A DNA stretch of 64,000 nt from Cyanophyceae cyanobacterium (GCA_050331735.1 JBHJGN010000044.1:40999-104998); one strand, 5' to 3'. Numbered from the stretch's first letter, positions 50,414 to 60,174 are shown. The notes: generated by a model not told the origin, from the letters alone. Numbers and translations: made by a program.

Positions 50414-51943
50414 ATGCGTACAAGTGCTGGCAAAGTGTATTTAGTCGGAGCAGGCCCCGGAAATATTGCCTACCTCACAGTAAGGGGTCAGCAGCTTCTT
50501 CAAACAGCAGATGTCGTCATTTATGATGCTTTAGTAGAGCCGTCGCTGCTTCAGTTAGTCCCCGCACACTGCCTGAAAATAGACGTAGGTAAACGCGGCG
50601 GACGCTCTAGTACTCCTCAACCTCACATCAATCAGCTCCTGGTTGCCTACTGTTCTCAGGGGGATCAGGTCGTCAGGTTGAAAAGCGGCGATCCGCTCAT
50701 TTTTGGTCGCTCTACTCCAGAAATTCGGGCGCTGGAGGCAGCAGGCTGTGCGTTTGCTCTCGTACCGGGAATTTCTTCGGCGTTGGCGGCTCCTTTACTA
50801 GCGGGGATTCCGCTGACGGATAAAGAGCTAAGCCGCTGTTTTGCCGTGATGAGCGCTCATGAGCCGGACGCTCTCGATTGGGCGGCTTTATCTCGCATCG
50901 ATACTTTGGTACTGTTGATGGGAGGACGGGGATTGGCAGTGGTGGTGGAACGGCTTCTTCAACACGGGCGCTCGCCTCAAGAACCCATTGCGATTGTGCG
51001 CCACTGTGCTCGACCGGACCAGCAGACCTGGCGCGGGTCTCTTGCGACTATCTTGGAGCAAACCGCAGGCCAGCCCCTCTCTCCCGCCGCGATCATTATT
51101 GGCAAAGTTGTGGATTCTCACTTTCAAGCTGACGCGCTGACCCTCGCCGGACTGACTGTATTAGTCACCCGCGCCTCTGAACAATCGGGCCAATTTACCC
51201 ACTTGTTGCAGCAGCAGGGAGCCACCGTCATCGAAATGCCGGCCTTAGAAATTACTCCGCCATCGAGTTGGGCAGAGCTAGACGGGGCGATCACCTCTTT
51301 GGCTCAGTTTCACTGGCTGCTGCTGACTTCAGCGAATGGAGTCCATGCTTTCTTTGAAAGACTGGCAACTTTAGGGAAAGATGCCCGCGCCTTAGCCGGT
51401 GTTAACATCGCCGTTGTCGGTAAAAAAACGGCTGCGGTTTTGGAACAATACGGCGTACGCCCCGATTTTGTTCCCCCAGAATTTGTCGCCGATTCCCTCG
51501 TTGCCAATTTTCCGGCTCCTTTAGCGCAGCAAAAGCTCTTATTTCCTCGGGTGGAAACGGGCGGCAGAGAAGTTTTAGTGTCGGAGCTATCGGCTCAGGG
51601 AGCCAGCGTTGTTGAAGTAGCGGCCTATCAGTCGCAGTGTCCCGCTCACATCGCCCCCGAAGCTTGGCAAGCCCTACAGCAAAGAGCTGTCGATATTGTA
51701 ACGTTTGCAAGCTCCAAAACCGTTCGTAACTTTCGGCAACTGGTAGAGCGGGCGATCGCCCCTCAGTCTGCTTCAATTGAGGCTCTTTTACAGGGGGTCT
51801 GCATTGCTTCTATTGGTCCGCAAACCTCCAAAAGCTGTCGTCAACTGCTAGGACGAGTTGATGTTGAGGCTCGGGAGTACACTTTGGCCGGATTGATCAA
51901 GGCCCTAGGCGACTGGACAGCAGCGGAAAAGCTTAAGTCCTAG
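50414..51943 (+). CDS. cobA/hemD: Uroporphyrinogen-III C-methyltransferase / uroporphyrinogen-III synthase fusion
   Basis: VYLVGAGPG, RLKSGDP.IFGR; HemD VLVTR, TSANGV, FASSKTV, SIGPQTS. Confidence 0.93.
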   Translation: MRTSAGKVYLVGAGPGNIAYLTVRGQQLLQTADVVIYDALVEPSLLQLVPAHCLKIDVGKRGGRSSTPQPHINQLLVAYCSQGDQVVRLKSGDPLIFGRSTPEIRALEAAGCAFALVPGISSALAAPLLAGIPLTDKELSRCFAVMSAHEPDALDWAALSRIDTLVLLMGGRGLAVVVERLLQHGRSPQEPIAIVRHCARPDQQTWRGSLATILEQTAGQPLSPAAIIIGKVVDSHFQADALTLAGLTVLVTRASEQSGQFTHLLQQQGATVIEMPALEITPPSSWAELDGAITSLAQFHWLLLTSANGVHAFFERLATLGKDARALAGVNIAVVGKKTAAVLEQYGVRPDFVPPEFVADSLVANFPAPLAQQKLLFPRVETGGREVLVSELSAQGASVVEVAAYQSQCPAHIAPEAWQALQQRAVDIVTFASSKTVRNFRQLVERAIAPQSASIEALLQGVCIASIGPQTSKSCRQLLGRVDVEAREYTLAGLIKALGDWTAAEKLKS

Positions 51944-51999
51944 GACAGCAACTGTTTGTCCACCGATGCTAGCCCCGAGCACTCCGTGATGCTACGTAG

Positions 52000-52040
52000 G
52001 TTAAATTCAAGTTAACTTACTCTTAGACTTTCTTTTACTT
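52000..52040 (+). promoter_or_regulatory. Pho box (SphR-type direct repeats) upstream of pstS
   Basis: GTTAAATT-caa-GTTAACTT-act-CTTAGACT-ttc-TTTTACTT, 11-bp periodicity like PyTTAAPyPy(T/A)NNN. Confidence 0.7.
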
Positions 52041-52121
52041 TTGTTTAGTAATATTACCTAAACATCAATGCATAGATTACTCGCCCTTCGCTATCCCAAT
52101 TTAAACTTTAGTCGTTAAGAG

Positions 52122-53054
52122 ATGAACATAAAGCATAATCAATGGAAGCTAGCAGGTGCACTGGCATTTGCAGTCGGTTCAGTGACCTTTGCAGTCCCTG
52201 AAGCTCGCTCTCAAAGCGAAACCATCGCCATCGATGGTTCTAGTACCGTGTATCCAATCACGGAAGCCGTCGCTGAAGAATTCCAAATCTCGGGCGGCGA
52301 TGCTAGAGTAACCGTTGGTATTTCGGGTACTGGTGGTGGGTTCGAGAGATTCTGCAACGGAGAAACCGACATCTCCAACGCTTCTCGACCTATTGATGAA
52401 GAAGAAATTGCAGCGTGCGAAGCGGCTGGTATCGAGTACATCGAGATTCCCGTTGCCTTCGATGCCATTACCGTTGTGGTTAATCCAGAGAACAGTTGGG
52501 CAGAAGCAATGACGGTAACAGAGCTGCAAACACTCTGGGCACCAGATTCTTCTATCAGCACCTGGAGCGACATTCGTTCCGATTGGCCCAACGAAGAAAT
52601 CACCCTCTACGGTCCGGGAACGGACTCAGGAACGTTCGACTACTTCACCGAAGAGATCGTCGGCGAAGAGGGCGCGAGCCGCTCTGACTTCACTGCTAGC
52701 GAAGACGACAACGTTTTGGTTCTCGGTGTCGCTCGAGATACCTATGCTCTAGGCTATTTCGGCTACGCTTATTACGAAAACAACCAAGACCAGCTCAAAG
52801 CTGTCGCTATCGACGACGGCAACGGATCTCCGGTGCTGCCCTCTGCTGAAACCGTCAACGACGGCACCTACACTCCTCTGTCTCGACCGATTTTCATCTA
52901 CGTGAAGGCGAGCGCTCTTGAGGAGAAACCGGCAGTTCGGGACTTTGTTCAGTTCTACCTAGAAAATGCTCCCGAGTTGGTTCCCACCGTTGGTTATGTC
53001 GCTCTCCCCAGCGATCAGTACCAGGAAGGAATGAGCAAAATCTCTAGCCGATAG
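52122..53054 (+). CDS. pstS: Phosphate ABC transporter substrate-binding protein
   Basis: Signal peptide; IDGSSTVYP, SGTGGG, ASR, DSGTFDYF, PLSRPIFIY. Confidence 0.95.
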   Translation: MNIKHNQWKLAGALAFAVGSVTFAVPEARSQSETIAIDGSSTVYPITEAVAEEFQISGGDARVTVGISGTGGGFERFCNGETDISNASRPIDEEEIAACEAAGIEYIEIPVAFDAITVVVNPENSWAEAMTVTELQTLWAPDSSISTWSDIRSDWPNEEITLYGPGTDSGTFDYFTEEIVGEEGASRSDFTASEDDNVLVLGVARDTYALGYFGYAYYENNQDQLKAVAIDDGNGSPVLPSAETVNDGTYTPLSRPIFIYVKASALEEKPAVRDFVQFYLENAPELVPTVGYVALPSDQYQEGMSKISSR

Positions 53055-53116
53055 ACTGGCGCTGTTGGTCTAAAACCACGACAAAAAGCGCGATCGCACT
53101 TGGTTAACATTTTAAG

Positions 53117-53148
53117 GTAAGCCCCTGCGGAGCGATCCGGGGGCTTAC
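53117..53148 (+). terminator. Hairpin downstream of pstS
   Basis: GTAAGCCCC...GGGGCTTAC followed by GTTATTATT. Confidence 0.55.
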
Positions 53149-53182
53149 GTTATTATTGATTTGTGCTACCGACAAGCAGAAA

Positions 53183-54031
53183 ATGCAACATTGGTTAACT
53201 AAGTTGGTCAGAACACTACCACCAGCGAGGGAGCTTTGGCTACCGCTGCTGTTTGTTTCTACTGCCGTTCATGGGCTACTGTTGGCCTTACCAATTCCGT
53301 CACCGTCCGATCTACAGCCGGAGCCAGAACCCGAGGAAACGGTGCAAATTACCAGTCTAGTTTCCCCAACCTCCCCACCTCCAGAGCTGTTCCCTGCTCC
53401 TCCAGAATCAACCCCGCCACAGCAATCGCAGCCAGTATCGCCTCCTCAGCAGGCTCAACCCCTGCCACCCATCGAGCCGGAATTGCCTTCCGTTCTCCCC
53501 CTTGAAGACCCCCCGGCAGAGGCGGAAGTTGAGGCACTCGAACCCGAACCCGCTGAAGCAGCATCAGAAGTACCGAACGAAGAACAGCCAGTCGCTGCTG
53601 CCCCCTCACCCTTAGAGGCGGGAGCTTCTCTTTTAGAAGAACTCCGTTCTAGAGTCTTAAACCGCCTAGCGGAGAGCAGTAACACTCAGCAGGCTATGGA
53701 AACGTTTGTTACCAGCTTGCCGACGTCTCTAGTCAAGAGTAATCAGCAACCCTACTTCTTTGCCGGAGAAACACTTAAACCGGGCGCTTTTGGTTTCCTG
53801 GCCATTCCTCAAACAAACAAAGCCGGAGCATACGAGGATTACGTAAGACCTGTATTAACAGAATCCTTCGGTTTCACCGTTGAGCGTTTGCCCCAACCCT
53901 ATGGCGAGACGGAACTGTATAAGGCACAGAATGCCGAAGGCATAGAATTTTATATGAGCTTAGTTAGTTTAAAGCTAGGCAGCGGAGCTTTCGTTGTCCT
54001 CTGGCAAGAGGATCCTAGAATCGGTAATTGA
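53183..54031 (+). CDS. Membrane-anchored Pro/Glu-rich protein with a TonB-like anchor
   Basis: TM helix LLFVSTAVHGLLLAL, Pro-rich linker, globular C-terminus ending WQEDPR. Confidence 0.75.
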   Translation: MQHWLTKLVRTLPPARELWLPLLFVSTAVHGLLLALPIPSPSDLQPEPEPEETVQITSLVSPTSPPPELFPAPPESTPPQQSQPVSPPQQAQPLPPIEPELPSVLPLEDPPAEAEVEALEPEPAEAASEVPNEEQPVAAAPSPLEAGASLLEELRSRVLNRLAESSNTQQAMETFVTSLPTSLVKSNQQPYFFAGETLKPGAFGFLAIPQTNKAGAYEDYVRPVLTESFGFTVERLPQPYGETELYKAQNAEGIEFYMSLVSLKLGSGAFVVLWQEDPRIGN

Positions 54032-54080
54032 GCCGATCGTTTGTGAGATGTGCGTTTTGAAATCTTTGCGGTAAGCAGTT

Positions 54081-55424
54081 ATGACCAAACCCACCAAAAG
54101 ATTGGTTCCCAAACCAAGCTTTGCTATCCCGATGCTGATTGCGCTGGCGCTACACGGGATCTTCTTATTCTTACCGACAGACTCTGAGCCGGAATCGGTC
54201 GAAGAACTCGTAGAAGCCGACGATACAGAGCCAGCCGTTGCAGAATTTCCTCAGCTAGATACCCAACCCCCAGCACTAGATTTAGAGTCTAAAATCGCCA
54301 GCGAGACAGCCCCTCAACTTGAATCAGCGCCCCAGATAGCAACTCCTCCCGCTGCAACAGCCCCACAGCCGAGCAGAATTCCTCAAATCTCGGTAGCTCA
54401 ACCAGCCCCAGTGCCGAACTATCAAGAGTATGTGCAGCAATTGAGAGCCTACTACCAGCGATTGCTAGCGCCGCGCCAGGTGAGCCCCAGTCGCGATGCT
54501 GTTCCTAGACAACCGCAGCGAGAAAATGTCCAAGCCAGCACACCAAAAATCGCTCCTGTATCCCCAAATCCGGTAGAGCAGTCTCCAGTGTCTTCTCCAG
54601 CACCAAAACCCGCTGAGCAAGCTCCGATAGCAGCCCGCAATGAACCACAAACCGCGACTTCCTCATCAATCTTTACCCAAAGCTTTCCCTACTATCCAGG
54701 CTCTTGGTTAACCTCTGGCGGTATTCTCAAACCTGAGTTTAAAGATGCTGACTACGTTTACTACACGACAGATAGCTTAGAGCAGGTAGCAACCAATTTT
54801 GAATCTCAATTAACAGACCGGGCATTTACTGAAACAGTAGAAACTGATAGAGAAAATTTCAAGGTGTACCGGGTTTCTAAAAATGGAGTTACCCAATATC
54901 TCCATCTCCTCGAAGAAGATGGCAAAACAGCCATTTTTCTCGGCTCTGACCCCAGGAATTTGAGCGAGATCGCCAAGGAAACCCAAAACGATACCGTTGT
55001 CGAAAGTTCTTGGCTGACGAGACTAAAGTTTTACTTTACGTTTAAAGAACAGATACAAAACAACACAGAGCTACCGCTACAGCCTTTGGATTTTTCAGAA
55101 GCCGAAGCTCCTTGGTTGAAAAATTTACAGGAAGTGGATGAGAAAAACAAGTTTCTGATGAAGAATCTCAAGGCGATCGCCACGCCCGCCCAGACCCTAC
55201 GTCCCGAACAGCTAGCCGGAACGATTGGTCAACAGTTAAATAAAGCAGGCGACTTTGAGCTAGAGAAAGTCGATGACTATCGTGACGGAGCATTGTATGA
55301 AATAGTCAATGGAGAATTTCAGGTTTACATGCTGTTGGTGCCGACTCAGGAGGAAGAAGACCGCAGAATTGCGATTGTTTTTTCTGAAGAAGATCCGCGA
55401 AGCGACAGCAGCAGTCAGGAGTAA
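54081..55424 (+). CDS. Membrane-anchored Pro-rich protein, paralog of the upstream gene with two C-terminal domains
   Basis: TM helix LIALALHGIFLFL, Pro-rich linker, domains ending LGSDPR and FSEEDPR. Confidence 0.75.
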   Translation: MTKPTKRLVPKPSFAIPMLIALALHGIFLFLPTDSEPESVEELVEADDTEPAVAEFPQLDTQPPALDLESKIASETAPQLESAPQIATPPAATAPQPSRIPQISVAQPAPVPNYQEYVQQLRAYYQRLLAPRQVSPSRDAVPRQPQRENVQASTPKIAPVSPNPVEQSPVSSPAPKPAEQAPIAARNEPQTATSSSIFTQSFPYYPGSWLTSGGILKPEFKDADYVYYTTDSLEQVATNFESQLTDRAFTETVETDRENFKVYRVSKNGVTQYLHLLEEDGKTAIFLGSDPRNLSEIAKETQNDTVVESSWLTRLKFYFTFKEQIQNNTELPLQPLDFSEAEAPWLKNLQEVDEKNKFLMKNLKAIATPAQTLRPEQLAGTIGQQLNKAGDFELEKVDDYRDGALYEIVNGEFQVYMLLVPTQEEEDRRIAIVFSEEDPRSDSSSQE

Positions 55425-55515
55425 ATCTCTTGATGCTTGGTTAACTTGCCGTTGACAATGGTGTTCTCACGTTTCTGGCTAGCACTGCCCCCATGAATCG
55501 AGGACCGCAAGCTCT

Positions 55516-56178
55516 TTAGTGTTCAGAAATAGGATGACCTTGATGCTCTGATCGAAAAACGTTGTCTTGCAGAAACTGAACAATCTGTTGGTAAATAGTT
55601 TCTTTCGGGTTTGTGCCATCGACTTTGAGAAAGGCAGCATCGTAGTTTCTCAAAATTTTTTGGTAGTTTTGGCTGACCTTTGCTAGTTTATCCTTCGTTT
55701 CATACACCTCAACGGAGGAACGGTTATCTTGAAGTCTGCTCAGGGCAACTTCAACAGGAAGATCAATATAGATGAGCAAGTCTGGATTGGGAAAATTTTG
55801 ATTCAGGCGACTGACAAAGCCAAACTGTTCTTGCGTATAGCAGTTATAGGCTAAGGATGAGAAATAGTAGCGAGTACTGATCACTTGAAGCTGTTGCTCA
55901 ACAAGCTTAAATACACCATCAATATCGTTGTATAAGTGATCGTGACGATCCGCAGCAAAGAGATAGGCCATTTGTTCGTCAAACTTTTCTTGGTCTTGCG
56001 TTAAAAATACTCGTCCTTTTAAAATTTCTCGAATCAAGTTGCCAATCGGACCAGAAGACGGTTCTGGGCTCAAAACGCTTTTACTTCCTTGGTTTTCAAA
56101 ATAGCGTTGCAAAAGTTCAGCTTGAGTAGATTTGCCAGCACAGTCAATGCCTTCGATCACAATAAATAGTCCTTTCAT
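55516..56178 (-). CDS. tmk: Thymidylate kinase
   Basis: FIVIEGIDCAGKSTQ, LFAADR, RYYFSSLAY, PDLLIYID. Confidence 0.93.
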   Translation of the reverse strand: MKGLFIVIEGIDCAGKSTQAELLQRYFENQGSKSVLSPEPSSGPIGNLIREILKGRVFLTQDQEKFDEQMAYLFAADRHDHLYNDIDGVFKLVEQQLQVISTRYYFSSLAYNCYTQEQFGFVSRLNQNFPNPDLLIYIDLPVEVALSRLQDNRSSVEVYETKDKLAKVSQNYQKILRNYDAAFLKVDGTNPKETIYQQIVQFLQDNVFRSEHQGHPISEH

Positions 56179-56298
56179 GGAGTTAGAAATTTTTGTTAAT
56201 TGCTGATGGTTAATTGTGTGCTAACTGCTGCAAGAAGTATCTGAGGACGTAAGAACCACCACGAGAAAATTCAAGTTTATTTCAGCGTAGATTAATGA

Positions 56299-57732
56299 CT
56301 ACCGAGAAGACCAGTTTTTACGAATAATAAACAGGGTTTCTAACATGCCGAGGAGCGTTGAGCGGTGCTCCAGGCGATCGCGCTGCCACTGTTCGATCGC
56401 TTGATTGAGGATATCAGAGAGCGTCGTTCCTGGAAAAAGATTCCGCATGGCTCCCAGTTTAACCTTGTTTTTCATGGCCAGAGCGATCGCCCCAGTTATT
56501 TCTCCGGCTTCTGGTCCGACAATATGCACTCCGACAATTTCTCCGCTGGGGCGAACTAGCAATTTACAGAATCCGGTTGTCTCGTCGGTAATCTGCGCCT
56601 TAACGACGCTCTTAAAGTATTGCCGGACGACAAAAATTTCTGACCCGCAGTAACGATGGCTTTGTGCTTCAGTCATTCCTACTCGTCCGAGCTGCGGATC
56701 GGTGGCAAAAGCCCACGGAAAATAGCGATAATCCACCTTGAGTACAGGCACAAACAACGCATTTTTCAGGGCAACCCGTGCTTCGTACTGAGCAATATGG
56801 GGGAGCGCATACCCCCCAGCCACCGCTCCACAGGCGTAGATAGCTGGGTTTGTCGTTTGCAGCTTTTGATTCAGCACAAGGCCCTGCCGCCCTAATTTGA
56901 CTCCGACTCCTGCTAGGTTTAATTTGTCTACGTTAGGCACTGATGCTGTTGCCAGAATAATTTCATCCGCTTCTACGGCTCTATTTCCTGCCTGTACCCA
57001 CTTTTTGCCGTCCATCTGCCTGACCTGAGTCACGGGACTGGCGAGCAGAATCTTGACGCCCTCGGCCTCAAGCTGAGCCTGAATCAGCAGGGAAGCTTCG
57101 CGATCTTCTTGGGGCAGGAGCTGTTGTTCTTTAACCACTAGCGTGACAATTTTCCCTAATCGGCACAGGCTTTGCGCGAGTTCGACGCTAAGTGGAGTGC
57201 CTCCCAAAATCGTGAGCGTTGAAGGCAACGTGGCTAGCGATCGCTGCCACATAGAGGTGGCCGTGAGATACTGAATCTGTTGCAGTCCGTCGAGGGTGGG
57301 AATGCTGGGACGAGCTCCTGTCGCAATTAAGTAGGCGCGCGATCGCAGTTTCCGCTCGTTGACAACAAAAGCCTGCTGGGGGAGTCGGCAAAATTCCCCT
57401 TCTCCGCTGATCACATCCACTCCTAAAGCGGCTAATACTGACGCAGACTGTTCTTCCGACACAGAAAAACGTGCTTCCTCTGCCCAAGCTTTGACGCTCA
57501 GCAAGAGCTTCTGGGCTGGCAATGGCTGGCCCGCTAAGATAGCTAGCTCTGTAGCCTGTTGCAGTTGCCGCGACAACCGAGCAGCATGGCAAAGAGTCTG
57601 GATGTATGGCTCGCCTGATTGCCATGACTGTTCGACAAGGGCTACACGAGCCTTGAGACGAGCAGCAGAAGCAGCGGCATAAATTCCTTCTGGGCTATTG
57701 CCAATAACAACGAGGTCGTATTCTACTGCCAT
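56299..57732 (-). CDS. Class I pyridine nucleotide-disulfide oxidoreductase-like protein (MerA/LpdA fold, degenerate)
   Basis: YDLVVIG, LIATGARP, TTNPAIYACG, TDPQLGRVG, dimerisation domain; the redox CxxxxC is missing. Confidence 0.8.
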   Translation of the reverse strand: MAVEYDLVVIGNSPEGIYAAASAARLKARVALVEQSWQSGEPYIQTLCHAARLSRQLQQATELAILAGQPLPAQKLLLSVKAWAEEARFSVSEEQSASVLAALGVDVISGEGEFCRLPQQAFVVNERKLRSRAYLIATGARPSIPTLDGLQQIQYLTATSMWQRSLATLPSTLTILGGTPLSVELAQSLCRLGKIVTLVVKEQQLLPQEDREASLLIQAQLEAEGVKILLASPVTQVRQMDGKKWVQAGNRAVEADEIILATASVPNVDKLNLAGVGVKLGRQGLVLNQKLQTTNPAIYACGAVAGGYALPHIAQYEARVALKNALFVPVLKVDYRYFPWAFATDPQLGRVGMTEAQSHRYCGSEIFVVRQYFKSVVKAQITDETTGFCKLLVRPSGEIVGVHIVGPEAGEITGAIALAMKNKVKLGAMRNLFPGTTLSDILNQAIEQWQRDRLEHRSTLLGMLETLFIIRKNWSSR

Positions 57733-57803
57733 ACGATTCGGAAATAGGAAGCAATTTTTGACAATTATCGCTTAATATCATTGCCCTGTTTAGCTAGTAC
57801 ACA

Positions 57804-57951
57804 GGGGTAAGAGGGAAAGGGGAAGTTGCTCCGCAACGGGAAAAGGGGCAGGGGTAAGGGGGAAAGGGAGAGGGGGAAAACTCTCTTGCTCCCTAATTCC
57901 TTACCCGTCCTGCCAGGGACAGTTTCCCCTTTTTCCCATCGCGGAGCGATG
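57804..57951. repeat. REP/MITE-like element (long copy) with GGGGAAA-type heptamer repeats
   Basis: AGTTGCTCCGCAACGGG at 57824 and CCCATCGCGGAGCGA at 57935; abuts the cobD stop. Confidence 0.75.
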
Positions 57952-59004
57952 TCAGTCGATGGCGGCTAAGGCTTGGCAGAGACGCTGATTGTCTTCGGGG
58001 GTGCGAACCGCGACGCGAAAATAGGCTTCGCCTAATTCTGGAAAGCTCAGGCAGTCGCGGATCAGCAGACGCTCTTGTTTGAGCAGTTGCTCCTGTAGTT
58101 GAGTACTGGATGTTTGAGTGTGGACGAGTAAAAAATTTGCGGCTCCTGGAAGAGGCTCCAAATACGGAACGGCAGCGAGATGCTTAAATAGTGTTGCTCT
58201 TGCTTCTGGCAGCCAGTTCCAGGTCATCTGTTGAAACTCTCGATCCTTGATAACGGCAGCGGCGGCGGCGGCAGCTAGAACGTTAACCGACCAAGGATCT
58301 CGCCATTGTTGCCAGCGCTTCAGTCTGTTTGGATGAGCGATCGCATAACCAAGGCGCAGCCCCGGTAAACTGTAGAATTTGGTGAGCGATCGCAGAATGA
58401 CCAAGTTGGGATAATTCTGCACCAGGGAAATTACGCTCTGCTCCTCTGGAGGCGTCAGAAAATCCATAAACGCTTCGTCTACCACCACCAAAGCAAATTT
58501 TTTCAAAGCGGGCAAAATGCTTTCTCGGGTCAACAATTTGCCAGTAGGATTGTGAGGATTGTTCAGCAGTAAACCAGCCGTACTGTTTCCGTTTTCTAGT
58601 ATGGATGCAAGTCGCGTTTCATCGAGCATCGACTCACATTGCATCTTTGCCGCGAAGGCTGTTAACGCTCGTCGATAATCGCTAAAAGCGGGAGTGAGCA
58701 AATAGGTCGCTGCTAAACAAGATAAGTCTCTCGCTGCCCAAGTGAGCAGCTCGGCAGAACCGTTTCCTGGCAAAATCCACTCCGGCGCTAGCTGATGCCA
58801 CTCGGCTAGAGATGTTCTCAGCGTTTGGTAGCAAGGATCTGGGTACGCCGTGAGTCGCTTCATGCCTTGCTCAATAGCGGTGATCGCGCTGTTTGGCGGA
58901 CCAAGTGGATTGATGCTAGCCGAAAAATCGACAATAGCAGAAGCTGGACAGCCTGCTAATGAAGCTGCCCAAGCTAAGTTTCCTCCGTGAATTGGTCTAT
59001 CCAA
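57952..59004 (-). CDS. cobD: L-threonine-O-3-phosphate decarboxylase
   Basis: HGGN, DFSASINPLG, NNPHNPTG, DEAFMDF, RSLTKFYSLPGLRLGY, IRDC. Confidence 0.92.
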   Translation of the reverse strand: MDRPIHGGNLAWAASLAGCPASAIVDFSASINPLGPPNSAITAIEQGMKRLTAYPDPCYQTLRTSLAEWHQLAPEWILPGNGSAELLTWAARDLSCLAATYLLTPAFSDYRRALTAFAAKMQCESMLDETRLASILENGNSTAGLLLNNPHNPTGKLLTRESILPALKKFALVVVDEAFMDFLTPPEEQSVISLVQNYPNLVILRSLTKFYSLPGLRLGYAIAHPNRLKRWQQWRDPWSVNVLAAAAAAAVIKDREFQQMTWNWLPEARATLFKHLAAVPYLEPLPGAANFLLVHTQTSSTQLQEQLLKQERLLIRDCLSFPELGEAYFRVAVRTPEDNQRLCQALAAID

Positions 59005-59024
59005 TGGCAGTTGGTTTACCGATG

Positions 59025-59303
59025 TTATTCGGGAGCGACCTTTTCCTTGAAAAGTTTTCCAGCAGAAAAAGCCGGAACCTTTGTTGCTGGAATCGTCATT
59101 TTGTTGCCCGTCTTTGGATTGCGACCCTCGCGTTCTTTGCGTTCGCGTGACTCAAAGGAACCAAAGCCGACTAACGTTACCTTATCTCCGGAAGAGACGG
59201 CTTCCATAATAGTCTCCACAGTAGCCGTGATGACGGCGTCTGCCTGTTTCTTGGTTACGGTTGCTTTTTCGGCAACTTTATCAACTAATTCACCTTTATT
59301 CAT
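59025..59303 (-). CDS. hup: HU family DNA-binding protein
   Basis: MNKGELV, LVGFGSF, GRNPKTG, PAFSAGKLFKE. Confidence 0.97.
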   Translation of the reverse strand: MNKGELVDKVAEKATVTKKQADAVITATVETIMEAVSSGDKVTLVGFGSFESRERKEREGRNPKTGNKMTIPATKVPAFSAGKLFKEKVAPE

Positions 59304-60174
59304 TGTAGTCTCCTTTTTTTTGATGTTTTGTGGGCTTTTGCTTTAAATATCTCCTATAGTCTCTAGCAATTAGGGACTAAAAGAGGAGCCTGTCAAACAA
59401 GATCAAGCAATAAACCGCTGAAATACTGACAGGCTGCGTATTTCAAGCATCATTCTAATCGCTGTTTGCCTATTATGGATCGCTGAAACCTATAATTTAT
59501 GTTGATTTCCTCAATTTTTTAGCATCTATTTGCTTTTCGGTGCCACTTTGACGGAGCCAATAGGCTTAAATTATGAGTGACGGCAGGAGGTGTAGAAGCG
59601 CAGCTAGAGTACAGCCATTAACGTGAGGTCAAGAAATCGCCGTCAATTGGGAACTAACTCATGACTGAACGAATGGATGCAGAATTGACCTCCACAAACA
59701 GCGTATAAACGAACAATATTGCTGAAAATATCCTAGGAAGCTGTGAAAACACTAAAGACGTTTTTTCTACAGGGCTTGAAGCGATGAAACTGTGCATGTA
59801 AATCAGTTCGACTGTTAATGCCATACTTTGCTGCTCATATTAATGCCGGCTTTTTTGTCGATTGATGTATCGCCACCATTCAGTCTTTGCTCACCATCGC
59901 TTGTTCCCCTCACTTTTTCGGGCTCCAGCTCGCCTTGCTAAGCAAATATTTAGATATCTGTCCCGATCGTTCACGGATTTGTCTGAAGAACAGACAAGAC
60001 AAGATCTTCTCGTCAATGGCACTGAATCCAACCGCAGAGAAACTTGAGCGCGGCTATTTAGCAATAGCTTGAGCTAGCTCCATGACCTTGCGGGAGTCAG
60101 GGATTTTAGAGAAAACCTTCCTGATGAAGCTGTATCAAGCAAATTTTAAAAAATTAAAGAAGTTATCCCATTTA

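Noticed and set aside
57804..57951. CRISPR array or G-quadruplex regulatory element
   Set aside because: There is no regular repeat-spacer periodicity and no cas genes; the G-runs are explained by the heptamer/REP-like element.
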